DNA of 64,000 bases from the human T2T-CHM13v2.0 reference genome, Homo sapiens, in assembly GCF_009914755.1 (NCBI RefSeq), contig NC_060926.1. One strand, given 5' to 3'. The notes beneath the pieces were generated by a model. That model did not search any database, was not told the origin of the DNA, and saw nothing but the letters and a program-made list of their open reading frames with translations. This document shows, one piece after another, positions 27,706-45,761 of this stretch. Within the stretch, counting starts at the first letter, position 1. Each line of letters begins with the position of its first letter. The translations under genes were made by a program, and so were the position numbers.

Positions 27706-29499
27706 GGTCCTAAGTGGAACTTAGAATTGTTAGAAGTCTGAGGAAGAGGCTCTGGAAAAGTTTGCTCCCTGAGAAAACAGCAATGCCAGGATGAAAGCAT
27801 GGAGGTCATTCAGAGAGTCCTCTAAGCCCTTCTCAATTCAAATCTATGAAATGGAATTTGTTTAAATGATTGCTACTCTTTAAAAATTATTGCTAGAATT
27901 TTTAAATAATGTCCAAATAAAAGCATACCATACATTCAAATGCAAGTAAATGATTTTTACTATCTGCCTTTTTGAATAATTCATGCCCCGTCTCTCCATT
28001 AAAAAGCCTTGGCTCTAGGCATTACTTAAAGTTGTAAAAAATATGTGAATAAACAAGATATGGCTACCATTCATAGGATTTGAAAGACTTTTTTTAAAAA
28101 GTATAACCAGAAACTAATACAAGACAGATTGGTTGGCATAATGGTATAAAAATATTCAAATTATAAAATCTTTTTTTGAAGCAAAATTTACAAGTAGAGC
28201 TGTCAAATCTCCCAATGTGCCTATTTCTCACATTAAGTAATCTCCAATTAGCAAAAATATTTTCTTATTGCCTGTAAGAACCACATCATAATAGGACACC
28301 TTTTTAAAATGCCAGTTTCTGAATACCCATTGGTAGAACATGAAAATTAATTTGCACTTTCCTTTGAAATTTTTTTGGCTTGCACAGAATATACAATTAA
28401 AATTCTTTATTTAATCTCTTTTTCAATGTCTATTTGATCACCTTTTCATAATCAGTTCAAATTGTATCACTTTATCTCCCACTAGTACAGTTTCAACTTA
28501 TCAAATACTAGTAAATCAGTTTTAAATTACTGTAGCACTCATATCCAATCACCCACCACATCTGGTCATTAATACTCAATGAATGCCTCCTGATTAATGG
28601 CATTACTATGAATGTCGAAATAATAATAACTTCTCTGTGTTGATGTGAGGGGCAATGGGAGATTCTAAACATAGCTAATTGGGCTGCAGATGACTTCATA
28701 AACGTTAGGGAGTCCGGGAATCAGGTCTTCAGATGAGCTAACGTGAAAAGCTGTTGATTGACATGTTTACCTGCCTGGCTATTGCAAGCATTGTGAACAT
28801 GATCTTTCAATTGTCTTTGTTCTAATACAGCTCTTTGCTCCACACTGATTTAAAATCCCAAGTTGAAGTGGTCAAGGTCATATGAAAGAAATTACCTGAA
28901 TTTTCAAGTGTTCAATGAGATTTCTCATTTGGGTTGCATTTGCTTCTTAAATTATGCATAACACTTTATTTTTCAGTGCATGTATTTATTGCACTAAAAA
29001 TAGAACTAACCAATGTATTGCAATGAAGCCCCAGTGGTGCACCATGATTTGAGAGAAGAAAAACTGTAGATGTATGGGAAGGTTGACTCTGACTCAGCCT
29101 GGGTTATTTCTAGTTCATATTAGCATTTGCATCACGGGTGCTGTCATACCCTCAGCCTCAGGCCTCAAGAAGCTCTCAGGCAGTCTTCCTTATTTTTCCA
29201 CTTGCTAGAGATCCAGAAAGGTCTTCGGCACCCAGCCTCTCTCCCATCAGGCTCACAAATACCTAGAATCTGCAGTGATTCATAATTGCCTAAAGAGTTT
29301 ATTTAATCAATTGTAACTTAGGCTCCAAGACACCTGTGGGTTTACCTGCTCCCCCAGATGTCTGTTGGCCAGGTATGGAAGCTATTGACTTAGGGATGAC
29401 TTGTTTTTCTGCAAAATTAAGATGCATATATTTTCACTGGGATCCTACACCAGGATAAATGTGTTTTTCAACCTTCCCTTCAATGCCTCCTCATTGTCA

Positions 29500-29950
29500 C
29501 TAGGATCCCATCATGGCCTCCACAGCCCAACATGTCTGACCCAAGCTACCTCTTCACCACATCTCCACCACCTTCCTCCTTACTCTCCAAGCTCCAGCCT
29601 CATGCTTTGTTGCAGTTCCTCTAATATTATGCACTCCCTCCAACAACAGGGCTTTTGCACAAGCAGTTCCAACCTTCTGCCTACAAGGGGTTTTCCCCAT
29701 TGCCTAGTTAATATCTCAGCCTAATAGTCCTTCTCCAAGGTAGTAAACCCTCCTCCACAAGGTTGTTATATTTTTATTATCAACTACAGTCATAGCACAG
29801 TGTGCTGATCACAGTTGTAATTTTCTATTTATTCTGCACCCTACTAAAACCTATGATTCATGAGAGCAGAGACTTTTGTCTGATTTGTTCATTGCTCTAT
29901 CACCAGCTCCAAGCAGGTGCCTAGTGCACAGTAGGCACTCAGAAAACATT
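29500..29950 (+). mobile_element. L2 remnant
   Basis: L2 3' motifs (catgagagcagagacttttgtctg...gtgcctagtgcacagtaggcactc). Confidence 0.6.
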
Positions 29951-30775
29951 TTGAAAGGGAAGGAGGAATATGTGAACACACAAATACAAGAGGGTAAGTG
30001 AGCTGACTATGGTGATGGCAAATATGGGCATACAAGAGAGACAAAGTGGCAGAGAGAAACAAGGAACCCAGAAAAGAAAGCTGGTAGTGATGAGAACCAA
30101 CTGGCTAACGGCTTCAGTGCAGGCAGTCACCAAAAACAGCCCTGACCATGGAGCAAAGTAACTTCAACCTTAACCAGGATTACATATCTTGAGCACAGAG
30201 CCCCAAGCCAATTTAGGTAGAAGGCCTCATTCTAAACCACGCCTTGCTGCAGACCATGAACAATGCCACCGATCCTGCTTTGAGGGTTTACCAAGAAATA
30301 ATGAATTACTGATTGTCCCTGTTCCCAATCAGCTCTCTCCTGAAATTAAATTCTGTAATTCAATGTGACTATCATCTCAGTAGGCTGAAAAGAGTCTCCC
30401 TTATCTGTCCAGAACAGATTTTATTTATGCTTCAGTCTCTACAAAAGTCTTGTACCGCTATCTGATCATCAATTCTTTCTGTAATAGTCAATGCAGCAAA
30501 TTAAAAATTCAATCCCTCTCCCTCACAGTCTTTACTGTCCAAAATCCCAATCTGAGTGTGAACAGACTGCCTTCACTATTAGAATATCTAACACGGATCA
30601 CAGCATAAAAGACGGATGTCTGAAAACAAAACTAAACAAAAATGAACTTTTGTTCCTATTCCAAAGAAAGAAAAAATCATCAAGCATATCAAGTAGATCT
30701 CATGCTTTTCTAGTTTCCATTTCTTTTTTGGTTTTTAAGCCGTGTTCCAAGAGGCCCCCTGCTTTCATTTTATTT

Positions 30776-30917
30776 ATTTTTTATTGTTTTAATTTTTTTA
30801 GAGATGATGTCTCACTATGTTGCCTAAGCTGGACTTGAACTCCTGGGCTTAAGCAATCTTCCCACATCAACCTCCTCAGTAGCTGGCACTACTGGTGCAT
30901 GCCATTGTGCCCAGCTT
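30776..30917 (-). mobile_element. Alu monomer (FLAM-like)
   Basis: Single antisense Alu arm. Confidence 0.8.
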
Positions 30918-31285
30918 CTAGTTTCCATTTCTAATGTCATTTTTAGGCCCCTGCCTTGGTAAGGGCTGCCTGCAGCATAGGAGAGAGACCTGACTCCGCA
31001 GTAGGAAATGCAGGCTTTGGATTCAGGCTTATTTGTAGGAGTCAATCACACTTTAATATTCTAAAGGAAATGATTTATAAAATACAAGTATCGCACTAAT
31101 AGAAAATAATTTTTATTTTGCAATTGCTTTGTAGTCATGGATATTAACTATTTATGCCATACACTCATTATTATAATTATAGCATTATTTCTAATTCTAA
31201 ATGTTTCTTTGCAAACCATTGTTTCTTTTACGCATCCCTACTGACCTACACACTCACTTTTGAATGCTCCAAGCTATACGTTTCC

Positions 31286-31427
31286 TTTTTTTTAAAATTT
31301 TATTATCTGTAGAGATGAGGTCTCTCTATGTTGCCCAGGCTGGCCTTAAACTCCTACGCTCAGGCAATCCTCCCACTTCAACCTCCCAAAGTGCTTGGAT
31401 TACAGGCATGAGCCACCACACCTGGCC
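31286..31427 (-). mobile_element. Alu monomer (FLAM_C-like)
   Basis: Single antisense left arm. Confidence 0.8.
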
Positions 31428-31488
31428 CTAAGCCAACAGATCATTCTTTTATAATGATCTATTATACCTACCAAATCTTGTAAATGAC

Positions 31489-31720
31489 CTATGTGCATAT
31501 ACATGTCTGTGCATCTCTGTATATGTGTGCTTATGGATGGATGTGTATCTATGTGTGTGCATATACACGAATGTGCATCTCTGTATGCATGTGCCTATGG
31601 ATGGATGCGTATCTATGTCTGTGTATATACATGTCTGTGCATCTCTGTATGTGTGTGTCTATGGATGGATGCGTATCTATGTGTGTGCATATACATGAAT
31701 GTGCATCTGTGGTTGTGTAT
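31489..31720. repeat. ~64-bp minisatellite, about 3.7 copies
   Basis: Unit ctatgtgtgtgcatatacat...gtgcatctctgtat...tatggatggatgcgtat. Confidence 0.9.
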
Positions 31721-31721
31721 A

Positions 31722-32380
<659 letters not shown>

Positions 32381-32749
32381 CACTTACAGAAGTGCTCCCA
32401 TGGATGTGTGCCTGTATGTATAATGGATGGATGGGTGTGAGCACGTGCATCAATGCATCTCCACAATGTATTCTACGAAATATGATCAGATGCACAAAAT
32501 CTAAAACAAGTCGAAACCAAACGTTTCAGAGGGCCATAATTTTCTTCCAGGAGATCTGTGTGATTCCAGCTGGCTGTAACACTTACTGAAACCAGATCCA
32601 CCCCTGGACTTTCAACTGCATGAGATTCTCGCTTATCACCTTTGCTAGCTGGTTTTTTGGTTGTTTCCTGTAAGCAAGTTGGAGTTGGGTTTCCACACTT
32701 ACAGAATAATTCCTCCTGACTATTTACCAGGAATGTAATATTTACCGAA

Positions 32750-33800
<1,051 letters not shown>

Positions 33801-36759
33801 GGCCTGGGCCCGATGTGCAGGAAGGAGGAAGCTGCCTCATCAGAAGAGGGAAGCCACACTCAGAGTTTACCGCCATTGAAATCTACTTGCTGCTAAAATC
33901 TCAAACCTTGAAATTCCCTCTAGGATTTGCTTTTCCCCTCCCACTCCCTCTCACCATCTGTCTCCAGCTCCACCTCTCCCTTACTCCTCTTTGGCTGGCT
34001 CACTTTCTCCTCCCATGTGCTACACATAGCTCAACACTCGCGTTTACCCAGATTCCTTCTCTCTGCTCCCCACGCCTTCTCTCTCTGTGTGTTCCTTCCT
34101 CCCCAGCAGCTTCCATTCTAACCTCCCTACGGAAGACTCCCACCTCTGCACTCAACTTCTACCCCTGGCCTCCCCGTGAATTGGGGTTCTGCACTTTTAA
34201 CTGCCCACTGAATGCCAAAAACACATCCAAATGCAATGCAGCAGTTCTTTTCAGAAAAGAACCTTTCTTTCTAACTTGGTATATTCCCATTGATGAGACC
34301 TCCCCCCCTGAAACCGTGGTGTCTGTCACTCTTGATTCTGCCACCTTGTTTCTCAGTACTTCCCTCACACACAAGCACGTCTAGAGTTGACTTTGACAGT
34401 GGTCCTGACACCCATAGGCCTGCTTTTGCTCCCACTTCCACCCACTGGATTCTGGCTCTTCATTTTACCAAAAGCTACTCCATAACACTCCCCATGTTAT
34501 ATCTCCACCACAGCCACCACCAGCACCCCCTCCTCTACTTAAAACCCTGCATCACCACTGCCTACAAGCTAAATACAGATCTCAACACAGCACACACACC
34601 CCTTTGCAGTCTGGCTCTTACATCCTATCCCTTTGTTAATTTTCCATAACTTTCCACTACCCTAGCCAAATTGTCCTATTATTTCTAAACAGAGCATTCT
34701 CCCTCCCGTGTTGTTGCTCACACCGTTCCCCTTTACCCCAAATGCCTTTCCCTCTCATACCTGCTCTTCAGTTCAAGGCCAAGCTCAAGATACACCTCGA
34801 GTTCTAAAGCCTTCACTTGCCCCTTGGTGACTACTCTCAACTTGCGATGTGAATTCATGTAGACCCTAAATGGACTGTACAGTTCATCTAATATTGAATA
34901 GACACTCCTTGATCTTCCGATTAATCTCTTGATGTGCCACATCATCTCAAAATCATTAACGTCTAACTAGAGTAACAATTACATGTTACATGAATGTTAG
35001 CAATTGCCCCTTACTTCAGCTTGAAAGGGAGAAAGGCCAGCTTGCTGGGTCATCTCCCAGTCAAATTCTTTGCAGTGGAGAATCCAAGTAATGAAGGAAA
35101 TAGAAGAACTAAAAACAAACAGAGAGGCTACAGTGACATATAAAGCACTGTGCTAAAGGAACAGGACAAGAAGAGAAAGGAAAGGAAAGCCTCAAAGGCT
35201 GAGACATTGGGAAGCAGACTTTGATAGTGGGAGAGAGAATTTAAGAAAGCAGGTGCCAAACACATGGAGACTATTAAGAGAAGAGAAAGGACAAGATAAG
35301 ATGGATGCAGTTTTTTGCTGCACGACAGGAATGCATTTTTTCCACTCTTATTCATAATCCCTCAAAAAGATGAGTAAACATATACAGTGTTTTAATTTTT
35401 GGTTACTTGAATGTGACTTTATGAACAAGACTAGGACATGAGACAACAAGATTTATCTGAGTTACATAATGAGTATAACTTGTTTGTTTGGAGGCTAAAA
35501 TCTCTTAAAGTCAGGGATTGGGACCTGGTATTTCTTTGTATTCCCAGTCCTGGGAACAGTGTCCTACATGTAGTCATTAATCCATAAATGTTAGTTGATG
35601 ATAAACAAGGATGCAGATAAATGAGCAGATGACGTGATCCCTGTTTTTTATCATGGAATGTTCCAGAGGCTGTCATCTGTTATTAGCGATGCAGCCAAAC
35701 AGCATTTGTCATGTATTTATTTAAGGAGATTATCCATTTGTCTACCAAGCAAATATAACTTTTGTAGGTCAAACTCACAATTACGGCATTAAAACAGGAC
35801 AACCATGTGAGGATTGCTTGTGAAGAATGCACGTGAATACCAAAAATATCATGGCATTCAAAACCCAAATGTCAGAGAGAGCATTTGAGATGAGAAAGCA
35901 AGACAGCGCTTTCAAAATGCAATCCCAATTATTTATATTCTTCAAAAACTAGACAATTTTCTTCTGCTGACATGTTCGACTCTGGTCCATTTTCTTGATG
36001 CTCTGAGTTTTATACCCAAGACCTTTGTGAGAAACAATTAAAACTACCATGATTTCATGTCAAAAGTAAATGATCATCTCTAACACCTCTCTGATGGGTT
36101 TTCAAAACATTTGCATTTTCTGAAAAATCCTTCCTTCCATTCTCATGCACTCATTCTGACCTCGTAAAAAGTCTATGATAAAAGGTACTTAAATATCTAC
36201 CTTCAGGAGATTGTAGTGGAAAAGCAAAAGGATCACAGAGAAGGAAATGGAAATGAAATCAGGAATTGTGATCTTCTGGAATATGACTGTTCTCTGCATA
36301 ACATTAAATGAGAGGAATGTCACTAGAACTTGGCAATGTGATAGCGTCCATGAAAGACCATGAAAGCAGCAACCCTCTGTTTATTTCCTAACCTTCCTGG
36401 CCATTCCACATTGACTGTGATGTGCAAATGTAGTAATACAATGAAACCACTACATTTACCATTACTCCAATGTATAAATGCAATATTGTGATGAAACCAC
36501 TTAAATATCTTCTACTTAAGGAGATTTGCACTGTCCTTTTTCTGAAAACTGTTAATGATCACTGTTTTTTCCTTGAGGAGATCCCTAAAAGTCTCAGATT
36601 CTTAAGGACGTTGCTAAAAAGTACACGTAAATTTCAAGTTGAATGCCACCTGAAGGTTGATGGAAGAGGAGCAACACAGAATTCTGAAGATAAACTGGCT
36701 GTCCTGAGCGAAAACTGGAAGAAAGTTAAAGACAACTGGATAATGTGTATCAAATGTGC

Positions 36760-37230
36760 CATTAAAATATACAAACCCTTTGATCCAGTAAATTCCATAT
36801 CTGGGAATTTAACCCAAATAAATCATCCGAGAAGACACAAAGATGTGGTTATACCAACATTTGAAATTCTGCCCAAAGAAGCAGAAAAAAGGAAGAAAGA
36901 AAGGAAGGAACGAATTGTGTAACGATAGCCTATTGATAATAAATTATAGTACATTGATTCAATGGAACCCTATACCACCACAAAGAAAACTGTTAGAGAT
37001 TTATATTTATTAACATAAAAGATTGTCAGTGAAATATTAAATGAAAAAAGCAAATAACCAGACAGTAAATGAATGTATTCTTCTTTCCAAAAACAGTGTA
37101 TGTCTATATACATGCACTGTCATGCAAAGAAAAGGAAATATCACAAAATGTAAACACTGGTTGTCAGTAGAGGGGCGGGTTACAGGAGAAGAAACCAGTT
37201 TTTCTTATCTTTCTTGTATATATTAATTTC
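36760..37230 (+). mobile_element. Ancient L1M 3' remnant
   Basis: cctttgatccagtaaattccatatctgggaattt..., aaattatagtacat..., L1ME-like. Confidence 0.55.
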
Positions 37231-39950
37231 ATAATAAATAGACAATAGAGTCTTTTTCATTCTTCAAAAGAAAATAAATTACCTTGTTGAGAGAAACGCA
37301 TACTTCTGGAAGTTTGCATATTTTGTCCTGAGAAATTCTCTCTCTTTCCTGCTCTCCTTCTCTTTCTTCCTCTCTCCAAAGAAAGAGAAGAGATGCTACA
37401 AAGGAGCAGAAATTTGGCTATAAAAAAAGGCAATTTAAAAAATTACTTTCTTAGTTGAAATTTGCACTGACAGAAGCTAAGAAAAGCTTTTGACCGTAAG
37501 CTGGCAAAGCCCCGAGAAAGTTTGTCTCTAAGTTAAAAGAAAAAGGGAAAGTTTTAAAGAAATATTTAATCAAATTCCACAGACAAGATTTCGGTTAAAA
37601 TTCATTATTATTAAGGGATAAAGTATTTCTTTCTAGAATTAAGAAGAAATGCTTTAAAATATAAAAATAACTTATTATGTAATTTTCATAAATTAACCTG
37701 TAAATAAAATGCACTAGCTTTATTTTTTTTAAATAGAGTGTTGATGGGGAGAGAGAAAAAATGAGGCAGAATGAGGAAGGAGAGAAAAGGAGAATTTATG
37801 GCTTTGAAGTCATATCTTCAGTTTGCTTCTCAAAACCAGGCAATCCCCCACGTAATGGATCAGGCCCAAATTGTAGAATATCTGCAACTGCTCTGTTCTA
37901 TTAAATTTTGAAACTGATGCTCAAAAACTGCAGAAGCATCTTAGTAACTCATGACAGTGCCCTTCCACATGGACTCAGACTGGCTTTACCCTACTGAGGG
38001 TTGTCCTTTACTTCTTGATAAATTCCTAGAATTTGCATAACTTTTAGTGCTCAAAGAAATTGGCTGAGAGCATTGTGAAAGAGTCTCCTGAGGAGCTACC
38101 AGGTCCATTGGGGGGACCAGGGATCTTCCTTTCTAACCAACCTGATTTCAGGGACAGTCTTGGTAGGAAGAGAAACATCTCATCCATCTTTGATCACCTG
38201 CTCCAACACCACCGCAGCCTGGGAAGCCCATCCCAGCAGGGCCAATGGACCTTAGACTGCCAGCTCCAGGGACAGACGTATCCAGAATGGAATGCTCGTG
38301 GTATCACCACAATCAACAGGTACCAATAAGTAAATCATGCTGACCATGACAATATTTAGGATTAGGGCATATAGAAATAGGGCATGGAGTTCAGGCCAAC
38401 TAATTTTTTTAAATCCTAAAATCCATTAAGTAATAGAAGATCAAAAAGAATAATCTTGATTGCTGATAATATTAATATGAGGTCTCAATTTAAGTAAAAC
38501 TCAAATTTCATAGAAATCTTTGAACTAAGCAAATGTGAGCTATAAGAATTTGATGTAAATTATGCCATTCAGGGAAGCTTTATATTTCCTCTGCTTTTGT
38601 TCTTTTCAAACTATTGCATTGGAACATTCCAATGGTTCTCCCCGCTACACTCCCTACCCCCACCATTGCAGTGAGTTCAGCAGAACTTACTCAATTGTGG
38701 TTTTAAAATGACCATGAAAAGGTGAAATATTTGCATTTTTTTTAAATCTTAAGTTTTCAGTGAAAGATGTTAATGATTCTATAGATGATATCTTTTCCAA
38801 ACTTTCTTCAACTGTTTTACCCCTGGCCCCCAGAGCAGGGTATCTTAGAGGACAAAATGTAACATTCCCAAAAGAATGATGAAAGTTTCTCTCTCTTTTT
38901 TTTTTTTTTTTTTGGCATTTGATACTCTAAAATACTTTTAATATAATAAAAAGGGGGAATGAGGATTTAAATGTCACAGAGGTAGATTGTGAAAACCTAC
39001 AAATAATTCTTAAGGTTGACATTTTGCAGCTGGGAATTTTCTTCACATGGCATTAGGAAATGGCAGAATAACTTTTACATAGGAACAAAATTTAACCAGT
39101 CAAGTGACGAACATGTGGTCATCATGGTTGCAAGGAGCTATGGCATGGTCCAATCTCTCTAGAAGTTTACAGTTTAATTAAACACATAAAATCATCATGC
39201 CAGAAAAGGTTTGTGGGGGGGAACGGAGAACATTCTGATGCTACTTTGTGTGATACTGGCTGTCAATGTGATTAGCAGAAAGAAATGTGAGACACATGAC
39301 TGGTAAAGCAAAGATTTTATAAAAGAAGGGGAAGGGAATCAGAGTGGAGAGAAATGACGCCAGCTACACGGAGAAGAACCAGTGGGAAACCTGCAGAGCT
39401 GAGTTAGGTGAACAGCTAGGAAGGCTGCCCAGCAAGCCAAACCACAGGGTTCAGAGGCAGGAAAGACACAGCCCCAATCTGAGCTGGCCTTGGTATCTAA
39501 GAAGAGGGCATGGTCCAAGGCAGAACTAATGGGACTATCATGAAATCAGGGTCCAGACCACGGAGAAGGGGACCTACCACAGATGAAGCAGCTGGTCAGG
39601 GTAAGGGTCGTGAAGCTGGGACTGTGGGCAGTGGGACTTTATGCCTAAGGAAATCAGGTTTTGCTCCAGGAAGCTGGAGGAAGCTTAGTGTCTATGCATT
39701 TAGAGGAGAATATTCCAGTTCAATGTACAACCAAGGGGCCAGGGACCCCAGGAAAATTGATTTGAATGGTAAGATGTACATGGGAACTCCCTCCACCAAT
39801 AAAAGCTAATAAAGTACTGCAGGCTTGTTTGAGAATGGATCAGAGACTAGAGGCTTCATGTAACTGGGTAGGTCTGGAGAATGCAGGGCCTGACATTATG
39901 AGAATGAAAGGGGCAGTTATAGAAAATGGGCAGTTCTAGAAGTGTGGATA

Positions 39951-40346
<396 letters not shown>

Positions 40347-43300
40347 TTACAAAAGATGAGTTAACACATTTTAAAGAATCAACCCAGCTTCACTGCATCA
40401 GAGCTGGGAAACAAAGATCCTTAAAAATATATAATCAATAAAGATATTACCAAGTTAAAGAATATTCCAAAAATTTAAGTGTCCTGCCAACTATCTTATT
40501 TCTTTATATCTTAACTTACTCTATAAGATCTGAGAGGCTCATAGAAATACATAAGATTAAAGAGTGAAATTCAACTTAAGTGAATATTAGAGGCAGGGAA
40601 AATATCACCTAAAGTCAGAGTGTACAGAAAAGAGACACGCAGACCCTCAGCTCTTCACAGTACCAAGAGGTGAATTTCCAGTTTGGTTCTGCATCTCCCC
40701 GTGGGCTTTTCTGACAAGAGAAAAACGTATGCTAAGCATCTTTCACTTCCTATGGGAGTCCTTTCTTCTGGCATGTCCTGGTCGGTCGCTCGCCCTGTCT
40801 CCTCCCATCTCGTCCCTATCACCCTGAGTCTTCCACAGGGAGCCAGGTCCCAGCTGCTCCACATGGCCAGGAAGCAGTCACAGGAGCTGGTAGTCAGACA
40901 GTAACAAAATGGAACAGGAGGGCAGCTAGGGAGTGGCAGGATCTGGCCTTTTTATCTCTGGATTCCTTTTAATTCCTGAGCAGGAAACAAAAGGATTCGT
41001 CAAGAAATGGCTGAGACAAAGGAATACACATCTAGAGACTTGATGCCTGAATAGCTAAAATAGACACACACAGAAAATTAACACTGGCCACTATGCCTGG
41101 CTTCAGGAAGCCCTCCAGCCAAGCTGAGATGTTAGCAACATCCCCCACCCCTACTTTTCTACTGGAACTTTTCCCCCTTTCAATACTGCCAGCAGCCCTC
41201 ACCCCAGCTAATACAGCCCCAGTGGTGCCCCCTGCCTTCAGGAAGACTTTCTCCAAAATCACTCTCTCTGTCAAATTTACAGAATGAGGTACCCCAGCTC
41301 CAGTTGCTTTTGAAACTTTCATTTTAAAGGACAAGGCTTATAGGAATAGTTTACCCAGAAGGGAGGGAAGCAGAGTTCAAGAATAAGAAAATAGAGCTTT
41401 ACTAAGGAATTCCAAAGGACTACCCAGAAATTCACATCGAAGACTAGAAGATCCCTCTTTTTCGTTTGAAAGATAAACAGAGAACTCAAGAAATATCATC
41501 CACATCTTGAGCACCTACCTTTATATAAATGTGTTCATATCCAAGATGAGAGGCAGCTGGGTGGAGGCAGGTGACATATTCAAAGGTTCTGTTACATGCT
41601 TGTTGAAATATCTCTATTTCCAGTTGTGATGGTCACTAGTCCATTTCTAGCACTATTATGAAATGATCTTAAATAGCACAGACTACTGTGCCATCAAAAT
41701 GCCACACACACACTGCCCTTTGTATGTCCAAGGAGAATACTGGCCTGCCTTCCCTCCCTCTGGCAGAGTTAGCTGCTTCTTCATCTGAATCCCATGGCCA
41801 CTTATATACAACCCTGTCTTGGGCACTTGTCTAAGCTTTTGTTGCCCCATTCACTCAGAGACCACACCTAAATCATCTTTGCACATCCAGACTACCACAG
41901 TGCTTGGAAAATGAGAGGCATGCAATGCATCTTTTCTAAACTAATACGGAACTGAGTATTTCCCACAGCCCTGCTACCTACAAATATAAATAAATAATTT
42001 AATTTCCTCAATATGGAGACTTAGGAAGCAGGTACATCTGTCAAAGGAAATATCACTGGGTGAGCGGAGAATGCTGAAAAACATACATCCTCCCACAGGT
42101 AGCTTTAAGCGGTGCTCTACAATTTTTAGGGACTCAGATATCTTTGAGAATCCAATGAGGTTTTGACTCTCTCCTGAGAAGGATGCATGGATACACAAAA
42201 GTGCATTTTCAGGAGATTCATGAGATCCATGAAGTGGATCTTTGACCCCTATGACTACCTCAAAACCAAGGGCCCACTGAGCCTAAATTAGGAACTTTTG
42301 CCTAAGAGTAATGGTATTAGTTGGCTGGGTATTGAGAATTCCTTTTTTTTTTTTTCTAAACATAGTATAAACTGTTAGGCTACAAAACACTGTTATCTCC
42401 AGGGAAGCATCACTATGCCAGTCAAGATAGAAGCTTGGTAAGAAGACTTTATGGTAAGTCCATAAAGAATAAAATCCTGGGGACTGTGAAGGGCCAGAGC
42501 ACCAGGACAGTCTTACTACTTTAGTAAAAGAAAAGTCTTATTCCTCCTTGTACCTCCTAAAGTACCTAGTTATTCATGTCTTATTTCTCAAGAGAAAAAA
42601 CAAACAAAGTGAATACACTACCGTAGGAACCATTTTCAAAACAAGAATCTTTTCAGGCTAGAAATGTAGAATCAAGGCAACTGAAAGCACTCTCTCTAGA
42701 GCTCCCAGGAGGCTCAGAGGAGTCATGGGCTGACTGGGAAACCTTCTAATCCAGTTAAGACGTCAATTAGAAAGACCTGCAAATTGTTGATTTCCAGGGT
42801 TCCATGGTTAATTTGATGGCTATAATCCTGAAGAAATGACCTCAGCTCCAACAAGGACATTCTTATCAGCCATGGGTTGTACCATTCACCCCTTTGAAGT
42901 TACAGTGGACCTAAAGTTATGAGAGAAGCATTTTAGGAGGTCATACATGAAATACCAATGGTCTGGATTAAACAGTAACATGCACTTATGTTATAAGTTA
43001 GACATTTTAATAAATGTACTGAAACTGTAAGAAAGGATGGTACAAATGTGTACCTAATAAAAGGGATTGAAAAAATAGTAGGCTATGGGCAGGAGAACAG
43101 AATGAAGGAAGAGAAAAAGGCAAGTATAAGAAGCTAGAAAGACCACTATAAAGGAACAAATGGAGAGAGGAATAGACTGGATCAAAATGAAAATAACTTC
43201 AAAGAAGAGAGAAGGGATAAAATTTCAGATGGAGGTAACAAAACGAACCATAAGAAAGAAAAGTGTGCAGGAAAAAATCGGGGTTTCTCTGAGGCAGGCA

Positions 43301-45197
43301 GGGAGTGTGGATAAAGCAGTCAGTCCCTGCCTGAGTTCTCTGATCCAAAGGAGAATATTCCAGGGAGAATAACTGTTAGAATATTCCAGGGTACCTGGAA
43401 TTTAGCAGTTAAAGGAGATCTGAGAATGCATGCTGAATAGAATTTTAACTGGCCATTTTCTACATAAACCACTCCAGAAGAGGGGGATTTCAGTGAGGCC
43501 TTAGAAATGAGCTAAGTTTGGGGGTCTGAGGCTCAGACAGAATGGGGGTGGGAGAGGGTTGCACCCCCAGTGGGGATGGGGCCGGCAGTGAGCTGCAGGG
43601 TAGAAGTCCACTGTGCAGAACAGAGGAGAACTATGCCTGAGGACAGGAGGCAACATGGGGAAAATCCTTAAAAGCAGCACAAAGGGGCTTTCACCAAAGG
43701 AAATGGTGACCTTCAGCAGCTTCCTAACACAGAAGCCACACCCCAGAGATCTGGTTTGGCTCTCACCCTGAGATCGGCCATCACATCTAAGCAACAGCAA
43801 GTTTAAAGATACATATATATCCCATACTTAAGACAGGCAAGCCATAACTGTTTCATGGAAATGTGACTGGAGCAATGAATTTGACTCTTTGAAAATACGA
43901 AACATCCAGCAAATGAATCATTCAGGACACTAATGAGCACCTCCGATGCTCCCCGAGAAGCGGGCAATGTTAAACAAAAGGCTAATTTAGATATTTACCC
44001 CAATGCGTGGCATCAGGCAAATAACATATTTGGAAGTAACATATTTAGGGTAAACAGGACAGATAAGTAAAGAGAGGCCAGAAGAGTCGAAATTTGGTGG
44101 CAACACAGCAGGAAAGAAGTTGAGGCACAGAGGGAAGAACAACACACTTGGTAAAAAGTTCTATCAACTCTTTCTTTCTGCAAAATACTATAAATATTAA
44201 CAAGGCAGTGGTCATGAAGGAAAACCATAAAGAAATGAACTGTAGTAACATGGAAATAAGCCAAATGTAAGTATATTCTCTTAATCCGGAATGTAGAACA
44301 TTAGGCTCTCGGCAATAAACTTTTAAAGAGTATTTGTGTAAATCTGGTTACAGCAACCAAGTTTGTCTCCCAAAGACACAGAAGGAACTCCTCTGCTCTG
44401 TTGCATAGAAACAGGAAAATACCTTTGGTCATCAGTTATGTTTATTTTTATTTATTTATTTATTATCCAGCTGAATTTAAGATTTGTGGTCCTTAGTTAT
44501 GTATGTGCAAACTATTGAGAGTGAATGGGAAGCAGGAGACAGTCAATTCCTGAAAGTGCCTCAGCTTCTCTCTAAAAAACAAGCAGGAGGGACAGAAACA
44601 CAGCGACATAATTCTGAAACTTTACTCTTCCTTTACCGTGGAAGTTTTCTTCCGCCCACCCTAACATTGGTTTGTTTGTTAAATGAACGCCACTGTACTC
44701 TTAAAAATAGTCTGAGCTAAAACGTATTTGTGTCTGGAGAGTCCAGATTGTAAAAGTAAATTGCTTTAATAAGCTCCTTTTTAAAAACAAAACAAAAAGA
44801 GCGTTAAGCACATGTTAACGTAGTGAGCATCAGGCTTCCGCAAAGATTGCAAAAGGTACATCTTGTTTCTGAAGGATGAAAAGATTTTGTAAGAGAAGCA
44901 GCTGGCGGTGTGGAGGTGGAGTTGATTTATCATGGTTAGGAACCTGGCCATCCCTCCCCAGGAAGAGCTCGGGACAGGACTGCTGGCTACCTTTGAAGAG
45001 AATAACACCAAAAGATCGTGATCTCCTTACAAAGCCACATAAAAGACCCAGAAAGCCCTAACTAGAAAATTTAGAAAGATATCAAATTTTCAAAATGAAA
45101 AAAAAATGGTTTATCAAAATAAAGGATGTTACTCAAAATCATTGCTTTCTCCTCATAATCAAAAGTATAATTTGGGGAAAAGAATTCCTTAACATAG

Positions 45198-45542
<345 letters not shown>

Positions 45543-45761
45543 TAATACGTTTCATCCAAAGATAATTTTTTCCACAAAATTTTTGATTAGCAAAATGAGC
45601 TCAAAATATGTACGAGTTCACAAGATTTCTTCTATCCCAAAAGAATAAATTTACATTAATACTGGAAAATCCATCTCAATTAATCCCCATCCTCAATCTC
45701 AATGTCAGTCTAAGGTCATAGTTATGTTACCATCAAAAGTAGTATAAAATATGAACTTATA

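Noticed and set aside
42492-42512. RE1/REST-like motif agagcaccaggacag
   Set aside because: The half-sites are separated by 1 nt instead of the canonical 2 and the flanks mismatch; too weak without ChIP data.
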